Below are positions 51,782 to 63,298 of a stretch of 64,000 bases of DNA, piece by piece. The stretch is from Glaucostegus cemiculus (taxonomy: Eukaryota). Where the stretch lies: the NCBI GenBank assembly GCA_976551045.1, contig CDPCPM010000052.1, forward strand, positions 14,198,001 through 14,262,000, read 5' to 3'. The stretch's first letter is position 1. Every line of letters begins with the position of its first letter. A program made the position numbers and the translations under genes. The notes beneath the pieces are model-generated. The model saw only the letters and a list, made by a program, of their open reading frames with translations, did not search any database and was not told the origin of the DNA.

Positions 51782-52054
51782 CCAATTTGGAATCCAATCT
51801 ACCAAGTCCCCATGGATCCCATGTGCCTTAATATTCCGGATCAGCCTACCATGAAGGACCCTGTCGAAAGCTTTAGTTTGTTGAACTTACTCAGGTATGG
51901 TACATGTCACACCAGCTGCTAAAATTTGATGAGCAACTCCTGAAGTTGATATGCTAGGAAGATCTTTTAGCAATTCTATTTGAAGGGTTTTTCCTGTCTT
52001 TGCATTTTAGTGGTTGGCTCCATATTACCTTCTGAATATCTTCTGAATGTTGAG

Positions 52055-52522
52055 GGTTGAGGTGCAGAAGAGGTTCACCAAGACATTGCCTGGATTAGAG
52101 AGTATTATTTATAACACGTTAGACAAACTTGTACTGTTTTCTCTGGAGGATTGGAGGCTGAGGAGTGACCTGGTGGAAGTATATAAAATTATGAGAAGCA
52201 CAGACAGGGTAGATAGTCAGAGTTTTTCCCCCATATAACAAATACTCAAGGTGAGAGAGGGAAAGTTAAAAGTAAATTTACAGGGCAAGTTTTTTTTTCC
52301 CCACAGAGAGCGCTAGGTGCCTAGAACCTGATGCCAGGGGAAGTGGTGGAAGCAGATATGATCGCAATGTTTAAGAGGCATTTAGACTGACATGTGAACA
52401 GGCAGGGAATTGAGGGATATAGACAACATGCAGGCAGATGTACAGTTTAAATTGGCATCATAATCAGCACAGACATTGTAGACCGAAAGGCCTGTTCCTG
52501 TGCTCAACCCTTCTGTGTTCTA
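52055..52522 (+). mobile_element. CR1 3' end
   Basis: VQKRFTKTLPGLE...LFSLEDWRLRSDLVEVYKIM and a GACCGAAAGGCCTGTTCC tail. Confidence 0.9.
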
Positions 52523-52739
52523 TAAATGTCCAGCAACAAGCATGGGATGCTTAATGAGGCATTAACATATAAACTTGGAGTGGTCACCATACTGGACCCA
52601 TCTGTGTTTTATTGCTGTGAAGTGAGCACCAATCTACATTCACTTCCAATGTTTTTAAGTTTACATAACAAGGCCATCCAGTAATACTTTTCCAACAATT
52701 AATATTCCTTTTAAGGATGTTTAGAAGTGGTAATTTATT

Positions 52740-53078
52740 CCTTTGACGTCAATCTCTCCACGCCAGTCCACATTGGTTAAGCAAGAGGGCATATCTCTGC
52801 AATCTCACCCACCATTAACTCTCCAAGATACCTGCACTTCTCCTGGCTCTTACTGATCTTCGGTTTAAGTCACTCCACTTTTGACAGCAGTGCCTGAAAT
52901 GCTGAGCTGCAAAGTTCTGGGATTCTCTCCTTAAACCTGAACACCTCTCTACCTCACTGCATCAAAATGCTCTTTAAAATCGATGACCTTTTGATCCTAT
53001 GCCTTTGTGTGACATGTGAAGCACCTCAGGATATTTTGCTGTATTGAAGGTGCAATATAAATATAAATTATTATTGTT
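52740..53078 (+). mobile_element. L2 3' end
   Basis: TGTGAAGCACCTCAGGATATTTTGCTGTATTGAAGGTGCAATATAAAT..TTGTTG tail. Confidence 0.65.
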
Positions 53079-56009
53079 GCCAATGTTCTTTTCTACTGGG
53101 ACAATGCTGATGTGGTTAGGCAAGTTCAGTGCAATCACTTCAACATTGGGCTAGACTGTACTCATCTTCAGCAGGTGGTTCCGTGGCGGACTGCCAGGTC
53201 GCTGTAGCTCGCGGGTCACACCTGCACATTGCAATGTGGGAATTAGGAATTAGTGGAAGGTCAGATGCCAGCACAGGTAAGCGCAGTTAAGTCTTCTTTT
53301 ACCTTTATGTTTACTTAATTTTCAGCAAAGATATTCTCAAATGATGTTATTATTTTATATGTTTTAATATAGTTTTTTAAAACAGTTTTCAAATGTCTTC
53401 AATGGTCTAAAATCATTCTACATCTACCTAAATACCAGCAGGTAATCTGAGCAAGACATCGGGATCCATTGCCTGAAACTAATTACTGCTCATGGTCTAA
53501 TCCATGTCAGGGATTGTAGGCTGGATAGAGTAAAATATGGCCCATTATTGTGTTGATCCAGGTCAGTTTGAGACACTAGATAAGGACCTGGCACAAGTTT
53601 GTTTCCCATTGAATCAGTAACTTAGTTGGATTATCCACAGGTGAAAGGAAATGGGTACCATTACACAAATTACCATGTACTGAAGATGAACAAAAGATTA
53701 TGATTCTTTGGAACCTGAGCTGTTCGGGGATTTATCTACAACTTTGGTGAAGAGACCTTTGCCTGTCTTGTAAGGTGAAAAGTTGAATTCCTATGAAGAG
53801 AAGGGTTGGTTCAGAGTTCTACAAATTTTGGTGACTCATTTTGGTTTTCAAGACAGCATTGGTGAGTAAAAGGACTCATACATCCTCATTGGATGGGGTA
53901 ACGAATCTGTGACTCCCAGTGGATGAAAAGGCAGGCGACTTTCTGGTGCTGGATTTTCTTAATCACCCATCTTTTAAATCAGAAACTTAAACTCTGAAGA
54001 GAAGAGAAACATTGGAAAGACTCTGGTGCCCGAGGCTCACCTGAACTGTAAGGGTAACATGCACCTTTCACCATCAGATCTATCCTGGCTCTCTGTGGTT
54101 AGTGGTTTAGCTCTTCCTGAACTGCCAAGCATGATCTAACACAGAAGTCTGAGAAAAGCTGGAGTTCACATGCTGGTGCAAATGACCTCCTGCTCCACCA
54201 CTGGACTCACCACTGAGTCCATCAGTGCAGTACCTGCGCACTGAGGAAAGGAGCTTGACGGACTGCACATTCTGGTCTATGAATAGCAACTCCACTCATT
54301 TGAAAGGGGTTGTTCACTCTGTGGAATAAAGAAAGTAAAGGTAATTGATTTACTTCATATTTTTAATTATTTTTATCATTTCAAGGTGTTTGTGATAGCA
54401 TTTAACTTGGACGTTTGAATAAATTGTTATTTTAAAAAATTATTTAAATTGATCTGAAGAAATCCTGAATGTTTCCATCCAGCAGAAACTCTTAAAAAGT
54501 AAAGTAGTTTCAAACATATTTGCTAGCAGCAGGTTGCCACAAGTAGTCAGGGTGTATTCCTACTCAAAGTATGGAGTCAGTTTGTTTCCACTCCTCAGGT
54601 AAGGGGTAACAAAGCCAGCCCTTCACATCGGGAACAAGTCAGTATGGGCAGGCAGTGAGTTTGGGAAGTACACCATTCCAGGATGATCCAGCCCTGCATG
54701 CTGGTCTCAGTGACCTCTGAATGTTTCTGCTGGTGCTCTGCACACATCACAAACGTACACCTTTAATTGAGGTAATAAATGGAAAAGTCTTCAATCAGGG
54801 AGACTTTCTTTCCTAACATACAAATGCATTCATTGAGACCGATACAGGAAGTCGACTGGATAAAATGCGTCGCAATATTTAATTACAAAAACTTGGCAGG
54901 TAAACCAAACTGCCCTGCAAATAGTAACTATCTAATAAAAAAAATTACCTTGCAAAACCTGATGGCTCAGATTTTGAAAATGAGAAGTGCAGAGATAATC
55001 ACATCTGTAATGCAGATTTTGCTAAACTAGAGCATTTAATGCTACTGAAATAAATGCCACCAGTTGTTTCCAATGACAGAAGCCTCTTATTGCATTCCAC
55101 ACTGAATCATCAGTATGAACACGTGAATCATAACATTTGTGCTCTTCGCCAGCACCCTAAGTTGTCTGCTCACCTTGCTCCCCATTGCTATCAGTAGAAT
55201 CATGCAAAGCACTATTTGGGCCAAGCCAGAAGAAGTCTGATGAAGTCATTACAGCTCTGAGACAGTAAAAAATGTTACTTTTATGTTCAATGTCTATAGC
55301 CATTGCTGAGAGAATTAATGAGCATTGGTATATGAAAGCCAGCTTACAATTTGATCAGGATCTGATACATTACAGACATTTCAACTTTCTTCCTACAAAG
55401 CTTATATTCGTATTCTTGCTGGGCTGCAATTAGTCTTTTCACAACCTGTTTGTAAAAACACAATTGTTCCTGAAACTCATTCAGTGACCTGCTGTTAACT
55501 CCTTGAAGACCAACGATTTTCCTTTGCATTATCCTTGTCCAAAATGCTGAAGGAGAGGACATCTGGTGGTGACAGTGGGGAGGAGCGAGAGGGGATCGCC
55601 TGGAAGGTGGGGCATCCACTACCTCAGCCTCTGGCACCGAAGTAAAGCCCAAAGGATTTTCACAGTGGGTGAAAATCACCCACTGTCATTTAGAAAACTT
55701 AGCCATATTGTGTAAGGGTTGCTGGTAGTCCTATTGGAGTTGGGTAACCTGTTTCAAGCCCCAAATATTGAAATGATTGCCACATTGAGTCAATATATAG
55801 GATTCCAAGTAACTTCGTACCAATTCTTGCCTGCCAACCGGATTTTTTAAACTGGTGGAGAGACAAATAAATGGCTGAGATGTACGTAGATGTAGTCATG
55901 CTTTGAAGAGGTTTCCAATTTTCATCTATTTTATGTTTCAGTTGGATGATGGTTGACTGCGGTAGAGCATGAGGAAGCCCCAAAAGTTAGCGTCTGCCTA
56001 TTATTGGAA

Positions 56010-56308
56010 TGGCACGATGGTGCAGCTGGTAGAGCTGCCACCTCACAGCTCCAAGAACCCGGTTTCAATCCTGATCTCCGCTACTGTCTGGGTGGAGCGT
56101 GCACATCCTCCATGTAATCAAGAGGGTTTCCTCCAGGTGCTCTGGTTTCCTCCCACATCTCAGAGACATGCAGCTTAGTAGGTTAATTGACCTCCGTAAA
56201 TTGTCCCTGGTGCATTGGTAAGTGGTCAAGTCTGGGGGACATTGATGAGAATATTGGGAGAATAAAATGGGATTATTGTAAATGGTTGGTTGATGGCTGG
56301 CATGGATC
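56010..56308 (+). mobile_element. HE1/V-SINE
   Basis: A box TGGTGCAGCTGG, B box GGTTTCAATCC, V core. Confidence 0.85.
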
Positions 56309-56316
56309 ACTGGAAC

Positions 56317-56415
56317 CAGTCCAGATGAAAGGTCTTGACCCAAAATGTCGACTGTCCATTTCCCTCCACAGATGCTGCCTGACCTGCTGAGTTCCTCCAG
56401 CATACTGAGTGTTGT
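56317..56415 (+). repeat. Single arm of Penelope-derived repeat with hammerhead motif at 56317-56354
   Basis: cagtc CAGATGA aaggtcttgaccc AAAA tg TC gactg. Confidence 0.8.
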
Positions 56416-57624
56416 GCCACATAGCTGTTAGCTTTCCAAAAATGGCACCTCACTCTCTGGCTCCACATTGAAATTTCCCATCAAGTAGCTTGAATCTGAT
56501 ATCCTTGCACCATAGACACAAAGTAAGCTCATCACAGAAAGTTACAGCTTATTAAAGGTGAAACAAGAAGCCACTTACGATTCATACAGGTGATCGCCCA
56601 GGTTACAACAGTTTGGGTAATGGACATTCACCCTGATTGAATTCACAAATCACAAACAAGAAATCTGGGATACAGAATAAAAATTGCTTTTACAAAATCT
56701 GTGTGAAAAAGAAGTAACTTTTTTTTAACTTGATTTGTTGGTGCATTCTGAGATGATGTGGCTTGGTATTACAGAAGATTGTCATGAAGACTGTTTTTAA
56801 GGACTACATACCCCCCATAATGTGGGGGTTGCCTGTTTTTAATCCCCTCTGGATTAGCTATCCATGGTTCTTTTAACAATGTTATTAACTGCTAGTTAAC
56901 CACTCCGATACTAAAAACTAACTATAATAAGTATAGCATCCCCCCCCCCCCCCCACCCTCCAGAAACTTTTGGCAGTCCTGGTTCATGATTGCACAAAAT
57001 GGAGAAAGAGCTTTGAGATGGCATTTAGAACCTCAGGTTCATTCATCAGGACCAAAGCAAAGTCTGGGTCGAAGGTGTGTACCTCCTCCCAGACTGCCCA
57101 CCTTCACAAGCACAGCCAATCTCACCTTCTCCTCTGCCTGAGTGGAATTTACCCACTCTTCCTATTAATTCCTCACAATCTTTGATTTGTTAATTTTGCA
57201 ATCCCTTAATCTGACTGGTTAAGGAGCAATGAGCTTGCTTGTCCTTTGCACCAAGGTCCCAGATGCTTCGCTTCTATTGATGGGACATTATTAACTGACA
57301 CTTTCAACAATTTGCAGGGCAGGTTTTCTTTGTTATTAAACATGCAAGGGCGAGTCTGGTTGACAGAGGCTGCTGTTCAGTGCTCTGTTTTAGCAAATTT
57401 TATTACTTCTCTAATTGTGCTGTCAGCATTTTTGAACTTCAGAGATTTTACAGCCAATGCCAGACAGTAATTTGGGCTGGGAACTGATGATTCTCTCATG
57501 GTTAAAATTTGAGCTTAAAATTAGAATTTAAAATGATTACACCAAGGACTAGCACATCTTGCTTCAGTGGGGAGAGAAATTATCCTTAGTTGTTAATACT
57601 AAACATGTGCAAGTCAAAAAGCCA

Positions 57625-57755
57625 AAAAAATGCAGAGGTTGGAAATCTGAAATAAAGACATGAGATGCTGGACAGTTTTCACCAGTTCTGATGAAGTTCC
57701 GTTGACCTGAAACTTCTGACCAGTTGAGTATTTGTAGCATATCCTGTTTATATTT
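57625..57755. repeat. Internally deleted palindromic Penelope-derived repeat with intact CTGATGA and GAAA boxes
   Basis: CTGATGA at 57688-57694, imperfect stem agttc-cgtt-gacct, GAAA at 57709-57712. Confidence 0.7.
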
Positions 57756-58020
57756 TCCACAGAGTGTTGGCTGCTGGCTGTACTCGTCTCCACACATTTA
57801 GATTCATTAACTTTATGTGCAAACAATCAGCTGCTGATACTCTCCAATGTGCTTAGGACATTTGAACAAGGATGAATTCCTCCCCCATTGGTGTGTTTTA
57901 ATTGCCACAAACAAGAACATTCCATAAGGCTGAGATGCAGTGATATTGGTCCTTTGAATTGCAAGGATAACAATGGAATCATCAATGGAATGATTTAATG
58001 AATCTATATCTTCATCGTCC

Positions 58021-58352
58021 CTCACCATTCCAGGACGTGCCCTCTTCTCATTACTACCATCGGGGAGGAACTACAGGTGTGGCTGTACAGGTGAAGCTGT
58101 TCCTAAATCATTGAGTGTGGGCCTGGGAAGATGCATACTCAGTGATTTAGGAACACCTTCTTCCCCTCCACCATCAGATTTCTGGACAGTCCACGAACCC
58201 ATGAACACCATTTTGTTATTCATTTTTCATTGCACTATTTATTTATTGTTGCAATTTATAGAAATTTTATGTCTTTGCATTGCACTGCTGCCACAAAGCA
58301 GCAAATTTCGCATGATATAAGTCAGTGATAATAAATCTGATTCTGATTCTGA
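58021..58352 (+). mobile_element. Rex1/Babar-like LINE 3' end with (CTGATT)n tail
   Basis: LFSLLPSGR and FRNTFFPSTIRFL motifs; AATAAATCTGATTCTGATTCTGA. Confidence 0.75.
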
Positions 58353-58678
58353 ATTGGACAAATTGCTCCCAAATACTTGGAGTGAAACATAAATTGTAGC
58401 ACTTGGCTTACCTTAATTACATTTACCATTATTAAAATAGCAGATATTCTGGATGAACCAGTTATGTACAAAAGCTAAAAGGAAAATTTTTGAAAGGCTG
58501 AATAATGAAGCAATGGCTTAAGGAGACAATGGCCCAAACTACGCAGCCACCATTGAAGTGACTATGCTCACATCTGACTTTGAAAAACACCGTCTATAAC
58601 TATTTAGCTTGTCTATGGTATGCATTGCACTTTTCCTAAAGCTGGTTGGAGTTAGACTTCAGGTCCAGCATATCTCTA

Positions 58679-58780
58679 ATGTTGGCAACACTTGTGGGCT
58701 GCCCCCAAAACACTCTCCACAAAAGATGCATTTCACTGAGTGTTTCGATGTGCATGTGACTAATAAAGATAACTTATCTA
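58679..58780 (+). mobile_element. 3' fragment of the (ATCTT)n-tail SINE
   Basis: Homologous to 21630-21744. Confidence 0.8.
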
Positions 58781-59109
58781 ATCAAGGAGACTGCACCGCA
58801 AATCAAACTGAAGAATTCTCACACAGAGCAAATCAGGAAGTAAACAGAATGGATTTTAGCTCATTTCTTAAATACTTAACACACTAAAGACTGGAGTGCA
58901 GCCATGAGAGTAACGGAGAAGCTAAAATATCATAAGCAAAGATTATAAGTAAAAGTAGAATTAATTTTAGAGGCTTATGAAATACTAAACAGACAAAAGT
59001 AGTATTTTAGAGTTAATGAAGTTATTAAACATTTATGATGACTTAGTAACTCATTAAAGATTGATTTAAATTTCATGCAATAAGCCATAATATTCTCAGT
59101 GATAATATC

Positions 59110-59300
59110 AGAGAAGCTCAGTTGCCATCGATGGAGAGAGAAACAGAGTGAATGTTTCAGGTTGATAACCTTCCATCAAAACTGATGTGTATTCATAGAC
59201 ATTGAATAAAGCAGCATGTTGTGAAAAGTCATCAGCCAAAAACATTGACCGCATTTCTCTCATCACAGAAGTTGTCTGACCGTCTCTGATTTTATTCCTG
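59110..59300. repeat. Degenerate palindromic Penelope-derived repeat
   Basis: Minus strand cagtt TTGATGG aaggttatcaacct GAAA ca TT; decayed opposite arm at 59220-59285. Confidence 0.6.
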
Positions 59301-59994
59301 AAAATACTATGGCTTACAGTATAAGATTGATTATGCAGATAAAGCAGGGATGTAAGAAACTTGACAACTCTTTCAAAAGAGGAACAATGGGTTGAATTCT
59401 GTGCTGTGTAACTTGATCTCAAGGTGTAATATTAGTATGTTGGTGAATGACAAACTGGTAAACTAAAGAATAAATACATTTTTACCTGAAAAATTTATCA
59501 AAATTACAATTGAATACTGCTGCTAATGTGAATTTTAGGAATTCCAACCTTCATTCTTCAGCACATTAATCTTGTGAGAGAATACTAAGCTGGAATTTTT
59601 TAGCAAAATATCTCAACAGATTCCTTCCTAATAATACCACTGACTAGTGGTTCCAAAATAAAGAAGACTGGAGCTTTTCTTTTCTCCCAGAGTCCGAATG
59701 AGGTAAATTAGCTCAAGTACAGTGTACTTCTTTGCTGTGACACTCCACAATATGACTCTGAAGGATGTTTAATGAGTTTCATTCTGCACATGAACATCAA
59801 ATATCAAGAGGTTTGTATTTGCAAAATGACCACTTCAAACAGTGCTCAGTTTAGAAATAAGCAGACTTGTTTCACAAATTGCAATATTAACTGTCATCAA
59901 CTTGAGCATGTTGAAGTACAACCTGTAAGTCATAGTTAAAAACAATGATATTTGCCTAAGAGTGGGGCTTCACAACTTGAATCTTCTCTGTCAG

Positions 59995-61260
59995 ATTCAT
60001 AGATTTATAGAGTTATAATCCTTCAGTCCAACTCATCCATGCTGACCAAGATATCAATCTATGCAAATCCCACTGCCTGGATTTGGCCCATCTAGCTCTA
60101 AACCTTTCCCGTGTACCTGTCCAAATGTATTTTAAACACTGTAATTGTACCTGCCTTTACCCCTTCTCTAGCATTCCTTCCAGATAGTTACCTCCCTCTG
60201 CATGAGAAAATTACCCCTCAGATCTCCTTTAAATTTGTCCACTCTCACTTTAAATCCCTGTCCTCTAGTTCTGGACTCCTCTCCTCTGGGGAGAAAAGAC
60301 TATGTCCATCTATCCTACCTCAGCATCTCATAACTTTATGACCATCATCAGGTCACCCCTGAGTCCCCTACGTTCCAATGAGAATAAACCCAGGCTATCC
60401 AATCTTTCCTTATAACTACAGTCCCCCATTCCAGACAATATCCCAGTGAATCTCGTCTGCACTCTCTCTATTGCTACTGCATCCTTCCTGCCGTGTGGTG
60501 ACCAGAACTACACACAATATTTTGTACAGCTACAACATGACATCTTAACTCTTACTCAATGCCTCGGCTTATGAAGGCAAACTGATCAAATGCCTTTTTC
60601 ACCACTCTGTCCAGCTGTGTCACCACTTTCAGGGAGCAATGGACTTGCATCTCAAGGTATCCCTTCATATCAATATTCCTAAGGTCCCTGCCATTTGCTC
60701 TATGTGTCGTACCAGAATTTGACTTCCCAATGTGCATCACCTCACACTTGTCAGGATTAACTTCCATCTTCCACCACTCCGCCCAACTTTCCAGCTGATC
60801 TATGTCCCACTGTATCCTTTGATAAGCTTCTTTCTCCGATTCCACCAGTTTTCATGTCATCTGAAAACGTACTAATCAGACCATCTACCTTCTCATCCAA
60901 GTCATTTATAAATATTACAAACCACAAAGGTCCCAGCACTAATACCTGTGGTACACTACTTGTTATAGGCTTCCAGTCAAAAAAAATACACCCCTTCACC
61001 ACGACCCTTTCCCTCCTATCACCAAGCCAATTTTGGATCCAGTTTGCCAACACACCTTGGATCCCTTGTGACTTAACCTTCCTGATCAGCTTACCTCATC
61101 AAGAGCCTTACTAAAGTCCAAGTAAACCACATCTACCACTCTGCCTTAATCAATTTTCTTAGTTACCACCTCAAAAAACTCAGTCAGATCTGTGAAACAT
61201 GATCTCCTCCATACAAAATCATGCTGACTCCTCCTAATCAGTCCCTGCCTTACCAAGTGG
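59995..61260 (-). mobile_element. CR1 ORF2 (RT domain to 3' tail)
   Basis: ITSSVPQVLVLGPLWFVIFINDLDE...STFSDDMK and WKMEVNPDKCEVMHIG. Confidence 0.92.
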
Positions 61261-63197
61261 ACATAAACAGGTGAGGAGCGTGCTTTAGGGGCTGGTCCTG
61301 GTGTGACTGAAGTGTCCTGATGGACATTAAATGAAACAGCATGTTGAAGGTTTCCTAGTCACTGCTAACACATTTGGAAATCAATGAATTAATTCATAAA
61401 ACAAACCTACTGTAAATGTGTTACAGGCTGGTAGTCATGCACATTGTATTTTGCATGGTGCCAGGGGCATATTTGTGTAACTTTAACTGCCAAGACTATC
61501 ATGGCAGGGATCCAGAAACCAGCAGATGGTGCATCTTTTGGACTCACCAGTTAAACAGAAAGAATAGTGAAGCATGACAGAATCACACATACTTATCCCT
61601 TGTTAATGGTGCACTTCTGTGTAATGCATTAATCATAATATTTAATTACAGAGTCAATTACAATCACATTTGAGAACTGACCAATTTTTGATTTTTGTGA
61701 ATGGGTATAACAGCAGAGATTTTTTTTTGCTTTGTACCTTTGAAATTAAATACCTGAGGCAAAAGGAAATGTTTAGTGTCTGCCCAGAAGGGGAGTCTCT
61801 GAAATAGCTTGCAGGGAAGCTGGAAGGGCAAACAGATCAGGCAGAACAATCGATTCCAGGGTGACATTCAGGCTCCAGACTGGAAAACCTGAGAAATATA
61901 CTTTCAAAATTCCCTTCCTTGAGAATTTATAGGAGTCTTGCTCATAGACCACAGACTGCAGCTTCTGCTTTTCCAACCATTTTAATGAACATGAGTGGAA
62001 TGAAGGGCAATGATTCTGTGATTTCCCAAACCATACCCCCTCTGGATGTTGCTTCACACAGAGAGTGGCCCTTAAATACCAGTTGTTGATGAAACAGTGA
62101 TTCGTGCAAGAAGGCCAGTAATTAAAAACATTTTCTGTACAGCCCCATGCTTTTACGTGAAGGAGAAACCTCTGGCCTTGATTCATTACACACACTGTTG
62201 TTTAACGGCTTAACACCCACCATATTCTCCTTTTACTGTTAATGAACATCACTAACTTTTCCAAGCTAAATAAAACCAGAACAGCAAAGTGTGTTATTAA
62301 ATATTTGAACACTGTTTTACTATCCTCCATGAGATCTGCTCCAAAGACCTGTGATCTGTCAGTGGATCTGACTCACACCCTCCTCTTCACATACAAAAGC
62401 ACACTTTCAAATTAAATGCTAGATTGTGGATGTGAAACATTACTATGAGGGAACATTGCACCATTTGTACAAAAGACTGAGGCTTTCCCAACTGGCTTTC
62501 ACTTGAAGGTTTTCACCCACTGTCTGAGTGAGGTGGTAATTCTGTGGGAGGAAGTCAAAATAGAAAGGTTAGTTTATTGGTTTTGGTCTTTTGGATGATT
62601 ACTGGCACATCCGGATGAGGGTGAGGAACACTTAAGGTAAACACGCTCTGAGGTGCAACCTGACTTAACTAAGAATGCAGTTACCATGACAGTGGTTGCT
62701 GCAGAGCAGGTTCATAGAGGAACAGCTGTAAAGGAGTTACATTTAAGTGCCATGTAAAGAAGGTGTAATTGCACTTGAGGGCTAATTGACTTTAGCCAAT
62801 GCAGAGCAGAACAATAAAGACAGGTCCCAGAGACAATTCCTATACATGTCAACAGAGTGACTTGGGTAGGGAGATGAAAATTGGGTGGGATTCCCAATGC
62901 TGATTGCTATCAGCAATTCCAGCTGTCAGTGGGCTGGGTGAAGACGTTGAGAAAGTCAACAACAGGCTTTTCTCGAGGATCCTGCTTCATGTTAGAGTAT
63001 GACCATTCACTCCGAACATTACCATGTGAATTAAGGTGACTTTACAGTCCCACAGCCAGTCTTCAAAACCGTAGCTTGTCAAAAAACTATGTGACCTTGC
63101 ACGAGGAAACAAAACAAAAAGAGACTGAAAGTTCTTGCAGGCATTTGATCTTGTTAGCCTTAATAATATTTGTTCTGTTGATCCTTCATGGACCTTT

Positions 63198-63298
63198 GGA
63201 GCAACAAAGAAGATGCTGGGGGAACTCAGTGGTTCAGGCAGTATCTGTTGAGGGAAATGGACGTAGGCGTTTCAAGCTGAGATCCTTCATCTAGACTG
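63198..63298 (-). repeat. Single arm of Penelope-derived repeat with decayed hammerhead motif
   Basis: Minus strand reads cagtc TAGATGA aggatctcagctt GAAA cg CC. Confidence 0.7.

Noticed and set aside
55344-55679. 111-aa ORF between imperfect GATTTTC/GAAAATC ends (53945 and 55682)
   Set aside because: YKQVVKRLIAAQQEYEYKL looks like decayed CR1 ORF2, and the terminal inverted-repeat match is too short to call an element.
56940-56954. Poly-C tract
   Set aside because: Simple homopolymer with no supporting context.
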